Positions 28,460-37,132 of a stretch of 64,000 bases of DNA are shown one piece after another. Origin of the DNA: Candidatus Omnitrophota bacterium (GTDB lineage Bacteria; Omnitrophota; Gorgyraeia; Gygaellales; Profunditerraquicolaceae). The notes under the pieces are model-generated. The model did not search any database. It was not told where the DNA came from and saw only the letters and a program-made list of their open reading frames with translations. Position 1 is the first letter of the stretch; each line of letters begins with the position of its first letter. Both the position numbers and the translations under genes were made by a program. The stretch is taken from positions 106,048 to 170,047 of the forward strand of contig QZKH01000003.1 of assembly GCA_003598025.1 (NCBI GenBank), written 5' to 3'.

Positions 28460-29624
28460 AGATATTATTCTGGGTTTCACTGTTGGTAATAATTTATGTT
28501 TATCTCGGGTATCCGTTATTGGCGTACCTGTTTTCGCTGCTTTATAAAAAACCATTAGCCGCAAAATATGTTTATCCGACGGTATCTATCTTGATTTCGG
28601 TCCATAATGAGGAGATAAATATCCGGAATAAGATTAATTCTTTGATGGAACTTGATTATCCGCAGGATAGATTAGAGATTATTTTCGGGTCGGATGGGAG
28701 TACGGATGGCACCGAAGAAATAATAAAACGAGATATTGAGGCCACAAGGCCACAAGGTCACAAGGTCACATTAGTAAGGCAGGAGAAGAGGCTGGGGAAG
28801 CCGAGCATGCTGAATAAGCTGGTAAAAGAAGCCAAAGGAGAAATCCTTGTCTTTACCGATGCCAGGCAGAGGTTGGACAATAATGCCTTAAAAGAGCTGG
28901 TCAAGCATTTTGCCGACGGAAAAGTTGGCTCGGTCAGTTCAGAGTTGATTTATGAGGATGAATCGCCGGAAAATAAGTCTTCAGGCGGAATTAACCTTTA
29001 TTGGGAATATGAAAAGTTTATCCGTAAAAGTGAATCACGCATGGGCTCTATGCTTGGGGCGACAGGCGCTCTCTATGCGATAAGAAGCAAGCTCTTCCCG
29101 GGGCTGCCTGAGGATATGATATTGGATGATGTTTATATCCCCATGAAAATTGTTGAAAAGGGCTATCGTGCGGTATTTGACTCTAAGGCCAAGATTTATG
29201 ATAAGGTATTCAGCGCGACCCGAAGATAGAATTTTCCAGAAGGGTGCGCACACTGGCAGGGAATTTCCAGTTATTTTATTACCTCAAAGAGTTATTTAAT
29301 CCATTCAGGGGCAAAATATCCTGGCAGTTTTTTTCACATAAATTTTTAAGGCTGATTATTCCGCTATTCCTGGCACTGCTATTATTATCCAGCGCCTTTT
29401 TATTTAACGAGCCGTTTTATAGATTATTTTTATTTTCTCAGGAGGCGTTTTATATCTTTGCTATACTCGGTAAATATTCAAAGCGCCGCAATAAAATTTT
29501 CGATGTTCCGTATATGTTCTGTATTATGAATTATGCTGCGGTAATCGGTTTTTACCGTTTCTTAAACAATAAACAGGGGGTCCTATGGGAAAAGGCAGCA
29601 ACTTTGGATTTACGCAAAGCTTAA
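28456..29624 (+). pseudogene. GT2 (PgaC/CESA-like) split by an apparent 2-bp frameshift near 29213-29216
   Basis: First ORF stops at 29229; frame change gives ...DPKIEFSRRVRTLAGNFQ...SHKFLR, the expected continuation. Confidence 0.75.
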
Positions 29625-30433
29625 ATAAAGAATCTGTTATCAGGCTGGCTGTAATTGCCGGGTTGATTATTATTTCGTATATTCCGACTTTAATCTGGAT
29701 GGTCGAAAGATGGACGGCAAAGGATACGTATTATAGCCATGGTTTTCTTGTGCCTTTTATCAGTTTATACTTGGTTTGGCAGAAAAGGCCTGTTTTGTCA
29801 AAGATAAAGCCTCAGCCGCTGGCAAAAGGCTGGATTGTTTTTGCCGCAGGTACGCTTATCCACATTATCAGCGCTTTATGGAGGGTTTATTTTACTTCGG
29901 GTTTCTCCATTTTGCTTGTCATATCCGGGCTGATACTTATTTTCTTAGGCAAAGAGTTCCTTAAAAAACTTATTTTCCCCGTATTATTCCTGATATTTAT
30001 GATACCTCTGCCGTTGGTTGCAATTGCTAATTTAAGTTTTAAATTGAAGATTTTAGCTGCGCAGCTCTCGACGGTAATCATCAATAAGTTAGGTGTGCCG
30101 GCGATAAGGGATGGAAGCGTAATAAAAACAATGAATTCCTATATAATTGTCGAGGACCCTTGCTCAGGGATAAGGTCGTTGATCGCGCTTATCGCATTGG
30201 GCGCGCTTATGGCTTATAACAGCAGCCTGCCGGTCATCAAAAAATATATCTTATTTGTTTCCGCGGTCCCCGTTGCTATCGCCGGAAATGTTATCAGGAT
30301 AGTCGCGCTTTCGCTTGCCAGCGAGATGTACGGCTCAAAATTAGCCGCAGGTTTGTTTCATACAGTTATGGGCGTAGTGGTTTTTGTATTCGCGTTTTTT
30401 GCATTACTCTTAATAGGGAAGGTGCTGGAATGA
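29585..30433 (+). CDS. Exosortase (EpsH/XrtA family)
   Basis: YSHGFLVP, F.IPLP, CSG.RSL (catalytic Cys), N.IRI (Arg), FH...G (His). Confidence 0.92.
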   Translation: MGKGSNFGFTQSLNKESVIRLAVIAGLIIISYIPTLIWMVERWTAKDTYYSHGFLVPFISLYLVWQKRPVLSKIKPQPLAKGWIVFAAGTLIHIISALWRVYFTSGFSILLVISGLILIFLGKEFLKKLIFPVLFLIFMIPLPLVAIANLSFKLKILAAQLSTVIINKLGVPAIRDGSVIKTMNSYIIVEDPCSGIRSLIALIALGALMAYNSSLPVIKKYILFVSAVPVAIAGNVIRIVALSLASEMYGSKLAAGLFHTVMGVVVFVFAFFALLLIGKVLE

Positions 30434-31050
30434 AAAATAAAACATTTTATATTGCTGCGGCCGTTTTGTTATTTACGTCGGTAGTCTGCATCGTGTCATA
30501 TTTCCCATCGAGTTTTGACAAATCTGAGGATGCGAAAGTCGCAACTTTTCCGAAAGAAATCAACGGATGGGTTGCGCGTGACCTTGAAATATCCGAGCGC
30601 GATTATAAGATACTTGAAACGAGGAATCTTTTTGTCAGGGAATATACAAATGCTGCGCAGGAGAAGGTGTATTTTTATTTTATTTATTCTCTTGATAACC
30701 GAAAGGTCAGCCATCCTCCGGAGATTTGTTATATGGGCAGCGGAGTAACTGTTGTTGATAAATCAACAGTTCAACTGACAGATAAAATAAAAGCCGTAAA
30801 GTTAATAATTGAAAAAGCAGACCATCGTCAGTTGGTTGCTTATTGGTTTCAGGCAGGCGCCTTTAATACACATAAATATTTACTACAGCAATTAAGGGTT
30901 GTTTTGAATAGGGCTGTGGGGAAACAGACACCGAATGCGCTCATAAGGCTTTCGGCTGATTTTACTCCCGGGCAGGAGGGGAAAGCTTTAAATACATTAA
31001 AAGCCTTTACTCGTGATATTGAGCCTTCAGTTAGTAACTTTTTTAAATAA
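30430..31050 (+). CDS. epsI: EpsI family exosortase-associated protein
   Basis: FP..I.GW, R.Y, HPPEICY.G.G, YWF, ALIR.S; directly after the exosortase. Confidence 0.85.
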   Translation: MKNKTFYIAAAVLLFTSVVCIVSYFPSSFDKSEDAKVATFPKEINGWVARDLEISERDYKILETRNLFVREYTNAAQEKVYFYFIYSLDNRKVSHPPEICYMGSGVTVVDKSTVQLTDKIKAVKLIIEKADHRQLVAYWFQAGAFNTHKYLLQQLRVVLNRAVGKQTPNALIRLSADFTPGQEGKALNTLKAFTRDIEPSVSNFFK

Positions 31051-31136
31051 ATTGTTGAAAATAATATACTCTTCGGGCTTATCTATCCCTTTGATAATCA
31101 AGTAGTTAAATACATGCGCTAAGCACGGCATTATTA

Positions 31137-31154
31137 TGTTGCAGGATGTAAACA
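31137..31154. promoter_or_regulatory. TGT-N12-ACA dyad, candidate enhancer-binding-protein site
   Basis: TGTTGCAGGATGTAAACA about 120 bp upstream of the sigma-54 motif; resembles 4192-4209. Confidence 0.5.
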
Positions 31155-31276
31155 TAGCCTTATATTTGCACATTTATTAGGCAATGGTTAGCAGAAGGCA
31201 AGGTTGGGATATCATCATAACTCCTTATAATGCATATATATAAAAATTTTAAAAAAGTTTTTAATTTTTCTGTTTA

Positions 31277-31291
31277 TGGCATGAATCTTGC
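31277..31291 (+). promoter_or_regulatory. sigma-54 promoter of the PEP-CTERM operon
   Basis: TGGCATG-AATC-TTGC, near-perfect -24/-12 consensus. Confidence 0.8.
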
Positions 31292-31373
31292 TATAAATAT
31301 ATATACTAGGTAAGATTTTGTAGGGTAATACCCTCCAACACCCATCTCGGTTGTCCCTAGTACTTAAAATCTG

Positions 31374-32249
31374 ATGAAAGCGAAAAATAAAAACAAAATT
31401 TCAAAATTCAGCCTGTTGGCGGCGATCCTGTTTATTTCCGGCATGTTGTTGGCATTTGAGCCGGTTTTCAGCATAAAAAATATTTTTGCAGTGACTTATG
31501 TTGAGCATCCATCTATCGTTGAAGATTCAAGCCTGAATAGCGGTTACTCTGCACAAGAACCTAACCAGCGAACCCCCAATAAAGCCCGCGCGCCTGAACC
31601 AAGCAGTATGTTTTTGCTTTTAAGCGGCCTGACCGGCATGCTTGTCAGGTTTGCAAGAAAGAGTTATGAACGTTTTAAGAGGCTTGCTGATATCATCTTA
31701 GCTTTTGTGGCTGCTGTGTTTGCTTTGCCTGTTATGGCTTTTGCAGCCCTGTTGATAAAATTGACTTCATCCGGGCCGTTTATCTACAGGCAGGATAGGG
31801 TAGGCAAGGGCGGGCAAATATTCCGTATTTATAAATTAAGGACAATGTATGTTAACGCTGAAAAAGGCACAGGCGCCGTGTGGGCAAGAAAAAATGACCC
31901 CAGGATTACGCCTGTCGGAAAGCTTCTCAGGAAAACTCATATTGATGAAGTCCCGCAGTTAATCAATGTCCTAAAAGGAGAGATGAGTATTGTAGGGCCG
32001 CGCCCTGAAAGGCCAGAGTTGGTAAGGGAATTAAAAACCTTAATCGTTGATTACGAAAAAAGGCTCTCCGTTAAGCCTGGTATCACGGGTTTGGCGCAGG
32101 TTTGGCATAAATATGACGAGACTTTAGAAGACGTTAAAAAGAAAATTAAAATTGATTTGTTATACATCAAGAGAATGTGCCTTGCCGCTGATTTAAGAAT
32201 AATGGCAGGGACAGTGCTTGTGATGTTAACAGGAAAAGGAGCAAGGTAA
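31374..32249 (+). CDS. Priming phosphoglycosyl transferase (Bac_transf) with N-terminal signal and an internal PEP-CTERM motif
   Basis: APEPSSMFLLLSGLTGMLVRFARK, then KR..DI, F.IYKLRTM, DPRIT..G..LR...DE.PQL.NVL.GEMS.VGPRPE, KPGITG.AQV. Confidence 0.9.
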   Translation: MKAKNKNKISKFSLLAAILFISGMLLAFEPVFSIKNIFAVTYVEHPSIVEDSSLNSGYSAQEPNQRTPNKARAPEPSSMFLLLSGLTGMLVRFARKSYERFKRLADIILAFVAAVFALPVMAFAALLIKLTSSGPFIYRQDRVGKGGQIFRIYKLRTMYVNAEKGTGAVWARKNDPRITPVGKLLRKTHIDEVPQLINVLKGEMSIVGPRPERPELVRELKTLIVDYEKRLSVKPGITGLAQVWHKYDETLEDVKKKIKIDLLYIKRMCLAADLRIMAGTVLVMLTGKGAR

Positions 32250-32250
32250 A

Positions 32251-32886
32251 ATGAAAAAATTAATATTTGTATTTGTCTTATTGATTTCACTCTTTATTTT
32301 TAATCAGGCTGATGCTTCTCTTTGGCTTGATGCTACACCTTCAATTTATATTAACAGCAATCCTGACCCGTGGTTTACGGATAGCTGGATAACCGGCCCG
32401 GGTGATTTTACTCTCAGGATTACAAACACTTTTACTCAAGATGATATTGAGGATGTTTATCTCGTTATCGCTTTGAAAGAAAGCACAAAAGATGGGTTAT
32501 CTATTGATATAGACGGAGACGGGCTTGATGATAGTGATTTTGATACTTCCGGAGATCATCCGTATATCACGGATTCGCACGGAGTTTTCGGCGACGATAC
32601 ATATTTCTATGATTATTATATCGGGAACCTTGCCGCAGAAGAGTATATTGAATTTGATATATCAATAGAAACAGAGGGTTCTCCTATCGTGCATTTTGAC
32701 GCATACGGTTATAAAGTGAAGAATAACGGCGATCTTTTATTGGTGGATAATCCCAATTCCCATGATGTAACCTGGGATCCTCCGTTGTATATTGAATTGA
32801 CCAATACCGTACCTGAACCGGCAACATTATCATTGCTTGGCTTAGGCATGATGGGTTTGCTTTTCTCAAGAAGGCGTAAATGCTAA
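32251..32886 (+). CDS. PEP-CTERM protein
   Basis: Signal peptide; VHFDAY...NP.SHD; tail VPEPATLSLLGLGMMGLLFSRRRK. Confidence 0.9.
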   Translation: MKKLIFVFVLLISLFIFNQADASLWLDATPSIYINSNPDPWFTDSWITGPGDFTLRITNTFTQDDIEDVYLVIALKESTKDGLSIDIDGDGLDDSDFDTSGDHPYITDSHGVFGDDTYFYDYYIGNLAAEEYIEFDISIETEGSPIVHFDAYGYKVKNNGDLLLVDNPNSHDVTWDPPLYIELTNTVPEPATLSLLGLGMMGLLFSRRRKC

Positions 32887-33584
32887 AGTTAATAAGTATA
32901 GTTTTAGCTATTCTGGTATTGACGATCGCGATAAGCGCGGATATTTACGCTTATACGGTTACTTATCTTGACCCTTATTCCAGCGCAACCACGCTTTACA
33001 GCGCAGCAGGGGACAGGATAGGCAATATAGCGTTTGAATTATATAAAGTTGACGTAACAAAAGCAGGAAACAATCTTACCTTTGATATCTATTCAAATTA
33101 CTCTTCTTCAGGATATTCTGTAGGTTCATGGCATACAATGCCTGCTGACCTGGCGCTGGATGTAAATAATGACGGGACATATGACTATGGTGTGGCATTC
33201 CGTAATCACGACGGCTTAATACAAGGTAAGCTTTATTCAGTTTCGGATTGGTACATTTCAGGCTATGACCGGCCGGGTAATGGTTTCATCTGGCATCACG
33301 GAGAATTAGTCAGTATAAAGGATATTGATGCCGAACTTGGCGATGCTGCAGTTACCTGGAATGATTTAGGCGGCAGCAACCCGCATTACAAAATAAGCAC
33401 AGTTATTGATATGAATGATTTCTTACCTAACGGTTACAGCGGAGATTTAGGTTTTTTCTATGGCGGTGCAACATGCGCCAATGATTACATAGGCGGGATA
33501 TTTTCAATAACAACCCCTGAGCCTGCATCGTTATCTTTGTTCGGCTTAGGATTACTCGGTTTAATAATACGCAGGAAGAAATAG
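32880..33584 (+). CDS. PEP-CTERM protein
   Basis: Signal peptide; CAND; tail TPEPASLSLFGLGLLGLIIRRKK. Confidence 0.9.
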   Translation: MLKLISIVLAILVLTIAISADIYAYTVTYLDPYSSATTLYSAAGDRIGNIAFELYKVDVTKAGNNLTFDIYSNYSSSGYSVGSWHTMPADLALDVNNDGTYDYGVAFRNHDGLIQGKLYSVSDWYISGYDRPGNGFIWHHGELVSIKDIDAELGDAAVTWNDLGGSNPHYKISTVIDMNDFLPNGYSGDLGFFYGGATCANDYIGGIFSITTPEPASLSLFGLGLLGLIIRRKK

Positions 33585-33597
33585 GAAAGGAGAGGAT

Positions 33598-34206
33598 ATG
33601 TTTCGGGTCAAGTTATTGGTTGCGGTTATGTGTATTTCTTTATTGTCTTTTATCAGCGCGCACGCAGCGTTAATAAACGGAGGTTTTGAAACAGGCGACC
33701 TTTCTGGATGGTCAAATAATTCCGGCATTTTGGCAGCTACAGTTAATTCGTATTCAGGAGACATTGCATATTCTCCCGTGGAAGGTGATTATTTTTTAAA
33801 GCTTACAAGCGGATTGGGCACAGGTGCCTATTCAATAGTGAACCAGTCTTTGAGTTTGCAGCAGGGTGCTAAACTTTCCGGCTGGGCTGCTTTTGATGCA
33901 GGTGACTACCTGCCTTACAATGATGATGCATACGTAAAAATCGGTAACTCTACTGTATGGAGCAGGGATATTTCCCAGGTTGGTAATTATGGATATACAA
34001 ATTGGCAGCAATGGAATTGGGAAGCGCCAACAGCCGGGAGCTATACGCTGGAATTTGGTGTACGCAATGTCGGAGATAATGGGCTTAGCAGTTTAGCTTT
34101 ATTTGATGCCAATTTTTTGGCGACCTCTGCTGTGCCTGAGCCGGCAACAATGTCTTTGTTCGGCTTAGGATTGTTAGGCTTAGGTCTTATTAAAAGGAAG
34201 AAATAG
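33598..34206 (+). CDS. PEP-CTERM protein (NGGFETG..GW CBM-like domain)
   Basis: Signal peptide; tail VPEPATMSLFGLGLLGLGLIKRKK. Confidence 0.9.
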   Translation: MFRVKLLVAVMCISLLSFISAHAALINGGFETGDLSGWSNNSGILAATVNSYSGDIAYSPVEGDYFLKLTSGLGTGAYSIVNQSLSLQQGAKLSGWAAFDAGDYLPYNDDAYVKIGNSTVWSRDISQVGNYGYTNWQQWNWEAPTAGSYTLEFGVRNVGDNGLSSLALFDANFLATSAVPEPATMSLFGLGLLGLGLIKRKK

Positions 34207-34228
34207 ATTTAAATATATTAAGAAGGAG

Positions 34229-34894
34229 GTGAAACAAATGAAGAAGTTGCTATTTTTAACTGCAGCGTTAATATTGGGAGTAAGCGTAGTTTCTTACGCA
34301 GCATTGATAGACCTTGGTATGGCAACAGGTTCTGGAGAACTAAAGATGTTTGAAATCTACAATGCTATGTATAGTACTGGTTTTACCAATAATGATCAGC
34401 TTGAAGCTCTTGAAGTTGATCTGGCTATAGGCGGCGGAAAATACAAGTCAAATTCCGGGACTGTCGGGCTGGTGGCAAGGTATGCAAGCGCACCGGTTAC
34501 TTTAAGATATTACGACAGCGGCGGTGACCATGATTTGGATCCAGCCTTAGTTAATCTTGCAGGTGGAAGTGCGCTATATGCTCCTCCCGTAATTACGTTT
34601 TACACAGTTACAGGGACTGAAGAATTCGGAATGTGGGGGTTGACTTCAGCCGGAAAGTTTTACTCCGAGAAGTCATTAAATGCTGACGGAAAATATCATT
34701 TTCTGGTTTTAAGCACTCCGGATCCGAAGAAATTCTTGATAGGGTTTGAAGACAGGTCAGCCGGTGCAGACTGGGATTATAATGACTTTGTTTTTGAGAC
34801 TTATAACATATTCGCAACTCCCGAGCCTACAAGTATGTTGTTATTAGGGATGGGCGCTTTAGGATTGTTAGGTTTAAAGAGAAAAAAGGCCTAA
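34229..34894 (+). CDS. PEP-CTERM protein with DUF4114-like region
   Basis: GFED....D.DYNDFVF; tail TPEPTSMLLLGMGALGLLGLKRKK. Confidence 0.9.
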   Translation: MKQMKKLLFLTAALILGVSVVSYAALIDLGMATGSGELKMFEIYNAMYSTGFTNNDQLEALEVDLAIGGGKYKSNSGTVGLVARYASAPVTLRYYDSGGDHDLDPALVNLAGGSALYAPPVITFYTVTGTEEFGMWGLTSAGKFYSEKSLNADGKYHFLVLSTPDPKKFLIGFEDRSAGADWDYNDFVFETYNIFATPEPTSMLLLGMGALGLLGLKRKKA

Positions 34895-34957
34895 GTTTTT
34901 TCTTTACCGATAATTCTATAAATGCCCCCTTATAGGTGTGCATTTTCGAAAATGTAA

Positions 34958-34996
34958 AAATAAGGGGGTAAATCGTAAGGTTTACCCCTTTTATTT
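34958..34996 (+). terminator. Rho-independent terminator
   Basis: aagggggtaaatc-gtaa-ggtttacccctt followed by ttattt. Confidence 0.7.
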
Positions 34997-35012
34997 AACT
35001 CTAAAGGAAAAT

Positions 35013-35285
35013 ATGAGATTAAGCAAGAAATTAACAACCTTATCTCTAATGTCTTTTGTCGCTGGTTGTGGAGGGAGCGATGGAGGGGGAGGTTTATTGA
35101 GCTCTATTTTTGGCGGCAGCTCTGCCGGAGCATCAGCTGGTGTTTTAGATTCCGGAGTTGTTGATGGAGCCTCTTTAGCCCTGACCCATAATCCCGAACC
35201 CAGCAGCCTACTCTTACTCTCAAGCGGTCTCCTTGGAATGGCTGTTTATGCCAGGGCAAAGGCTTGGAAAAAAGGTAAGAAATAA
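35013..35285 (+). CDS. Very short lipoprotein with a C-terminal PEP-CTERM motif
   Basis: ATG 35013 after SD aagga; lipobox VAGC; Gly/Ser linker; NPEPSSLLLLSSGLLGMAVYARAK. Confidence 0.75.
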   Translation: MRLSKKLTTLSLMSFVAGCGGSDGGGGLLSSIFGGSSAGASAGVLDSGVVDGASLALTHNPEPSSLLLLSSGLLGMAVYARAKAWKKGKK

Positions 35286-35330
35286 TCCCGCGTTTTTACC
35301 TAACTCTTAGAAAAATAAGATTTTTTGTCC

Positions 35331-35359
35331 TTGACAAAAAGCCGTCAGAAGGTTATACT
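35331..35359 (+). promoter_or_regulatory. sigma-70 promoter TTGACA-17-TATACT
   Basis: Near-consensus; precedes the membrane protein/TPR/two-component operon. Confidence 0.75.
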
Positions 35360-35402
35360 ATACTACCTCTCTTTGAGGTTCTTGATTAACCCCCAAAAAA
35401 TA

Positions 35403-36281
35403 ATGAACTCAAAGGAAAACGGTATAAAACCAGTAATAAAAGTATATAAAACGCTTTTTTCCACCCTAAAAGAGCATCGTCAGCTCATTCTGCCCTTTAT
35501 TTATTTCGCTTATTTTGAACTAGCAGCCTTAATTTTCATCTTTATTATACCCAGAGACCCCTTTGTCAGGGTTTTCGGGCCATGGGTGAGGACCTTTTGG
35601 GGCGAAGCTTTTCTGCATTATCCGGCTAATTTCTTCCTGATGCCCAAACTTGTTTCGCTATCAAGGATGTTTTTATCAATATTTATCGGTTCATTGGTAA
35701 GCGGGACTGTTGTGCTTTCGGTTTTAGAGGCAATAGGTAATAAGAGATCATATCTTAAGCAATCTTTTAAATCCGCATCAAAGAATTACATCTCGCTTTT
35801 TTTTATTGTTTTTGTGATAACGCTTTCTTTTTATTTTCTTACCAAGCTTCTAACCATAGGCCTGATTAAATATTTTGCAGGCGGCCATACTAAACTTTTA
35901 TTTATAGGCACAAGAGCTTGGCTTGGGCCGATATTATCAATAATAAGTTTTCTCATCGCCTTGTTTATACAGTCAGGTTTTGCCTATGCTATACCTTTCC
36001 TTCTTATAGAGAAAAAGAAGATCATTCCTTCCGTAATATCTTCATTCAAATTATTTAAAAAGAAGTTTTTCGCGACCTTGCTCCTTGTCGGTTTGCCGAT
36101 GGTTATTTACGGCCCGGTTATCGTGCTTAATTACAATACAAAATTCCTGGTCTTTAATGTTTTCCCTGAATTCATACTGCTTGTTTCTCTCTTAGGTATA
36201 GCCATAGCGACTCTCTTAATCGACCCATTGGTAACAATCGGGACTACTATTTTGTTTTTATCTGATAAGGACAAAAAATGA
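35403..36281 (+). CDS. Multi-pass membrane protein
   Basis: Several TM segments; start moved to ATG 35403, downstream of the promoter. Confidence 0.7.
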   Translation: MNSKENGIKPVIKVYKTLFSTLKEHRQLILPFIYFAYFELAALIFIFIIPRDPFVRVFGPWVRTFWGEAFLHYPANFFLMPKLVSLSRMFLSIFIGSLVSGTVVLSVLEAIGNKRSYLKQSFKSASKNYISLFFIVFVITLSFYFLTKLLTIGLIKYFAGGHTKLLFIGTRAWLGPILSIISFLIALFIQSGFAYAIPFLLIEKKKIIPSVISSFKLFKKKFFATLLLVGLPMVIYGPVIVLNYNTKFLVFNVFPEFILLVSLLGIAIATLLIDPLVTIGTTILFLSDKDKK

Positions 36282-37132
36282 AAAATAGAATATTATTGAT
36301 ATTGGCTTTAGCTTTTGTGGTTCTGGGTTGTTCGGATAGGTACGCTATAGAGAAACGTTACTGGGGTTTGCAGAAGCAGGCAGGGGATATATTTGGCAAT
36401 CCGCATTCAACTCCCCCAAGGCAGATTGAGCAGGTAGTCAAGAAGTTTAATGGATTCGCAAATAAATATCCCGGTACTAACCTTGCTATTGATGCCGACT
36501 TTACTATTGCCAGGCTTTATGCGGCAAAAGAGGATTTTGACAAGGCAAGAGAACAACTAAGCGCTATAATGAAAAAATACAGCAACAGCCCGGTAATCGT
36601 TTCCGAGGCGATGGCTTTATACGGGAATTCATATGAAATGGAGAATAAGTGGGGCCTGGCTGTCAATGAATATAAGAAGGTTTACGAAAAATACCCTTAT
36701 TCACGCGCCGGATTTGAGCTTCCTATTTATATTGCCAGGCATTATAAGGCAAAATTCCAGCCTGAGAGCATGAATGAAGCGTATATGGAGGCAGTAGCGC
36801 ATTATAAAACGCTTATACAGGATAATACCGACCCCAGAATCGCTATTAATGCGTATTTCCTTATGACCAACTGTTATATGGAATTAAAGGATTGGAATGC
36901 GGTAGTTTCTGCTTATGACTCTATAATAAAGAATTATAAAGATAATCCAAAGGCGCAATCTGCAGTAGAGACAGCAACTTTAAACAAGGCTTTGATATAC
37001 GCGACTCAACTGAAGAATCTCCCCAAAGCAAAAGAAATCCTGGCCGAGTTTACCAAGCGTTACCCCAGGAGCAGGCTTATCAAGGTTGCAAATAATTTAC
37101 TGAAAGAAATCGAGAAGAATGCCGCAAAGTAA
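36278..37132 (+). CDS. TPR lipoprotein
   Basis: Lipobox VLGC; repeated helical ..KYP.. TPR units. Confidence 0.8.
   Translation: MKNRILLILALAFVVLGCSDRYAIEKRYWGLQKQAGDIFGNPHSTPPRQIEQVVKKFNGFANKYPGTNLAIDADFTIARLYAAKEDFDKAREQLSAIMKKYSNSPVIVSEAMALYGNSYEMENKWGLAVNEYKKVYEKYPYSRAGFELPIYIARHYKAKFQPESMNEAYMEAVAHYKTLIQDNTDPRIAINAYFLMTNCYMELKDWNAVVSAYDSIIKNYKDNPKAQSAVETATLNKALIYATQLKNLPKAKEILAEFTKRYPRSRLIKVANNLLKEIEKNAAK

Noticed and set aside
34938-35012. Extended upstream starts in the ORF track (also 4671, 10812, 11540, 35325, 42229, 53006, 55711)
   Set aside because: They run through terminators, promoters or upstream genes; downstream ATGs fit SD position, translational coupling or the domain start better.
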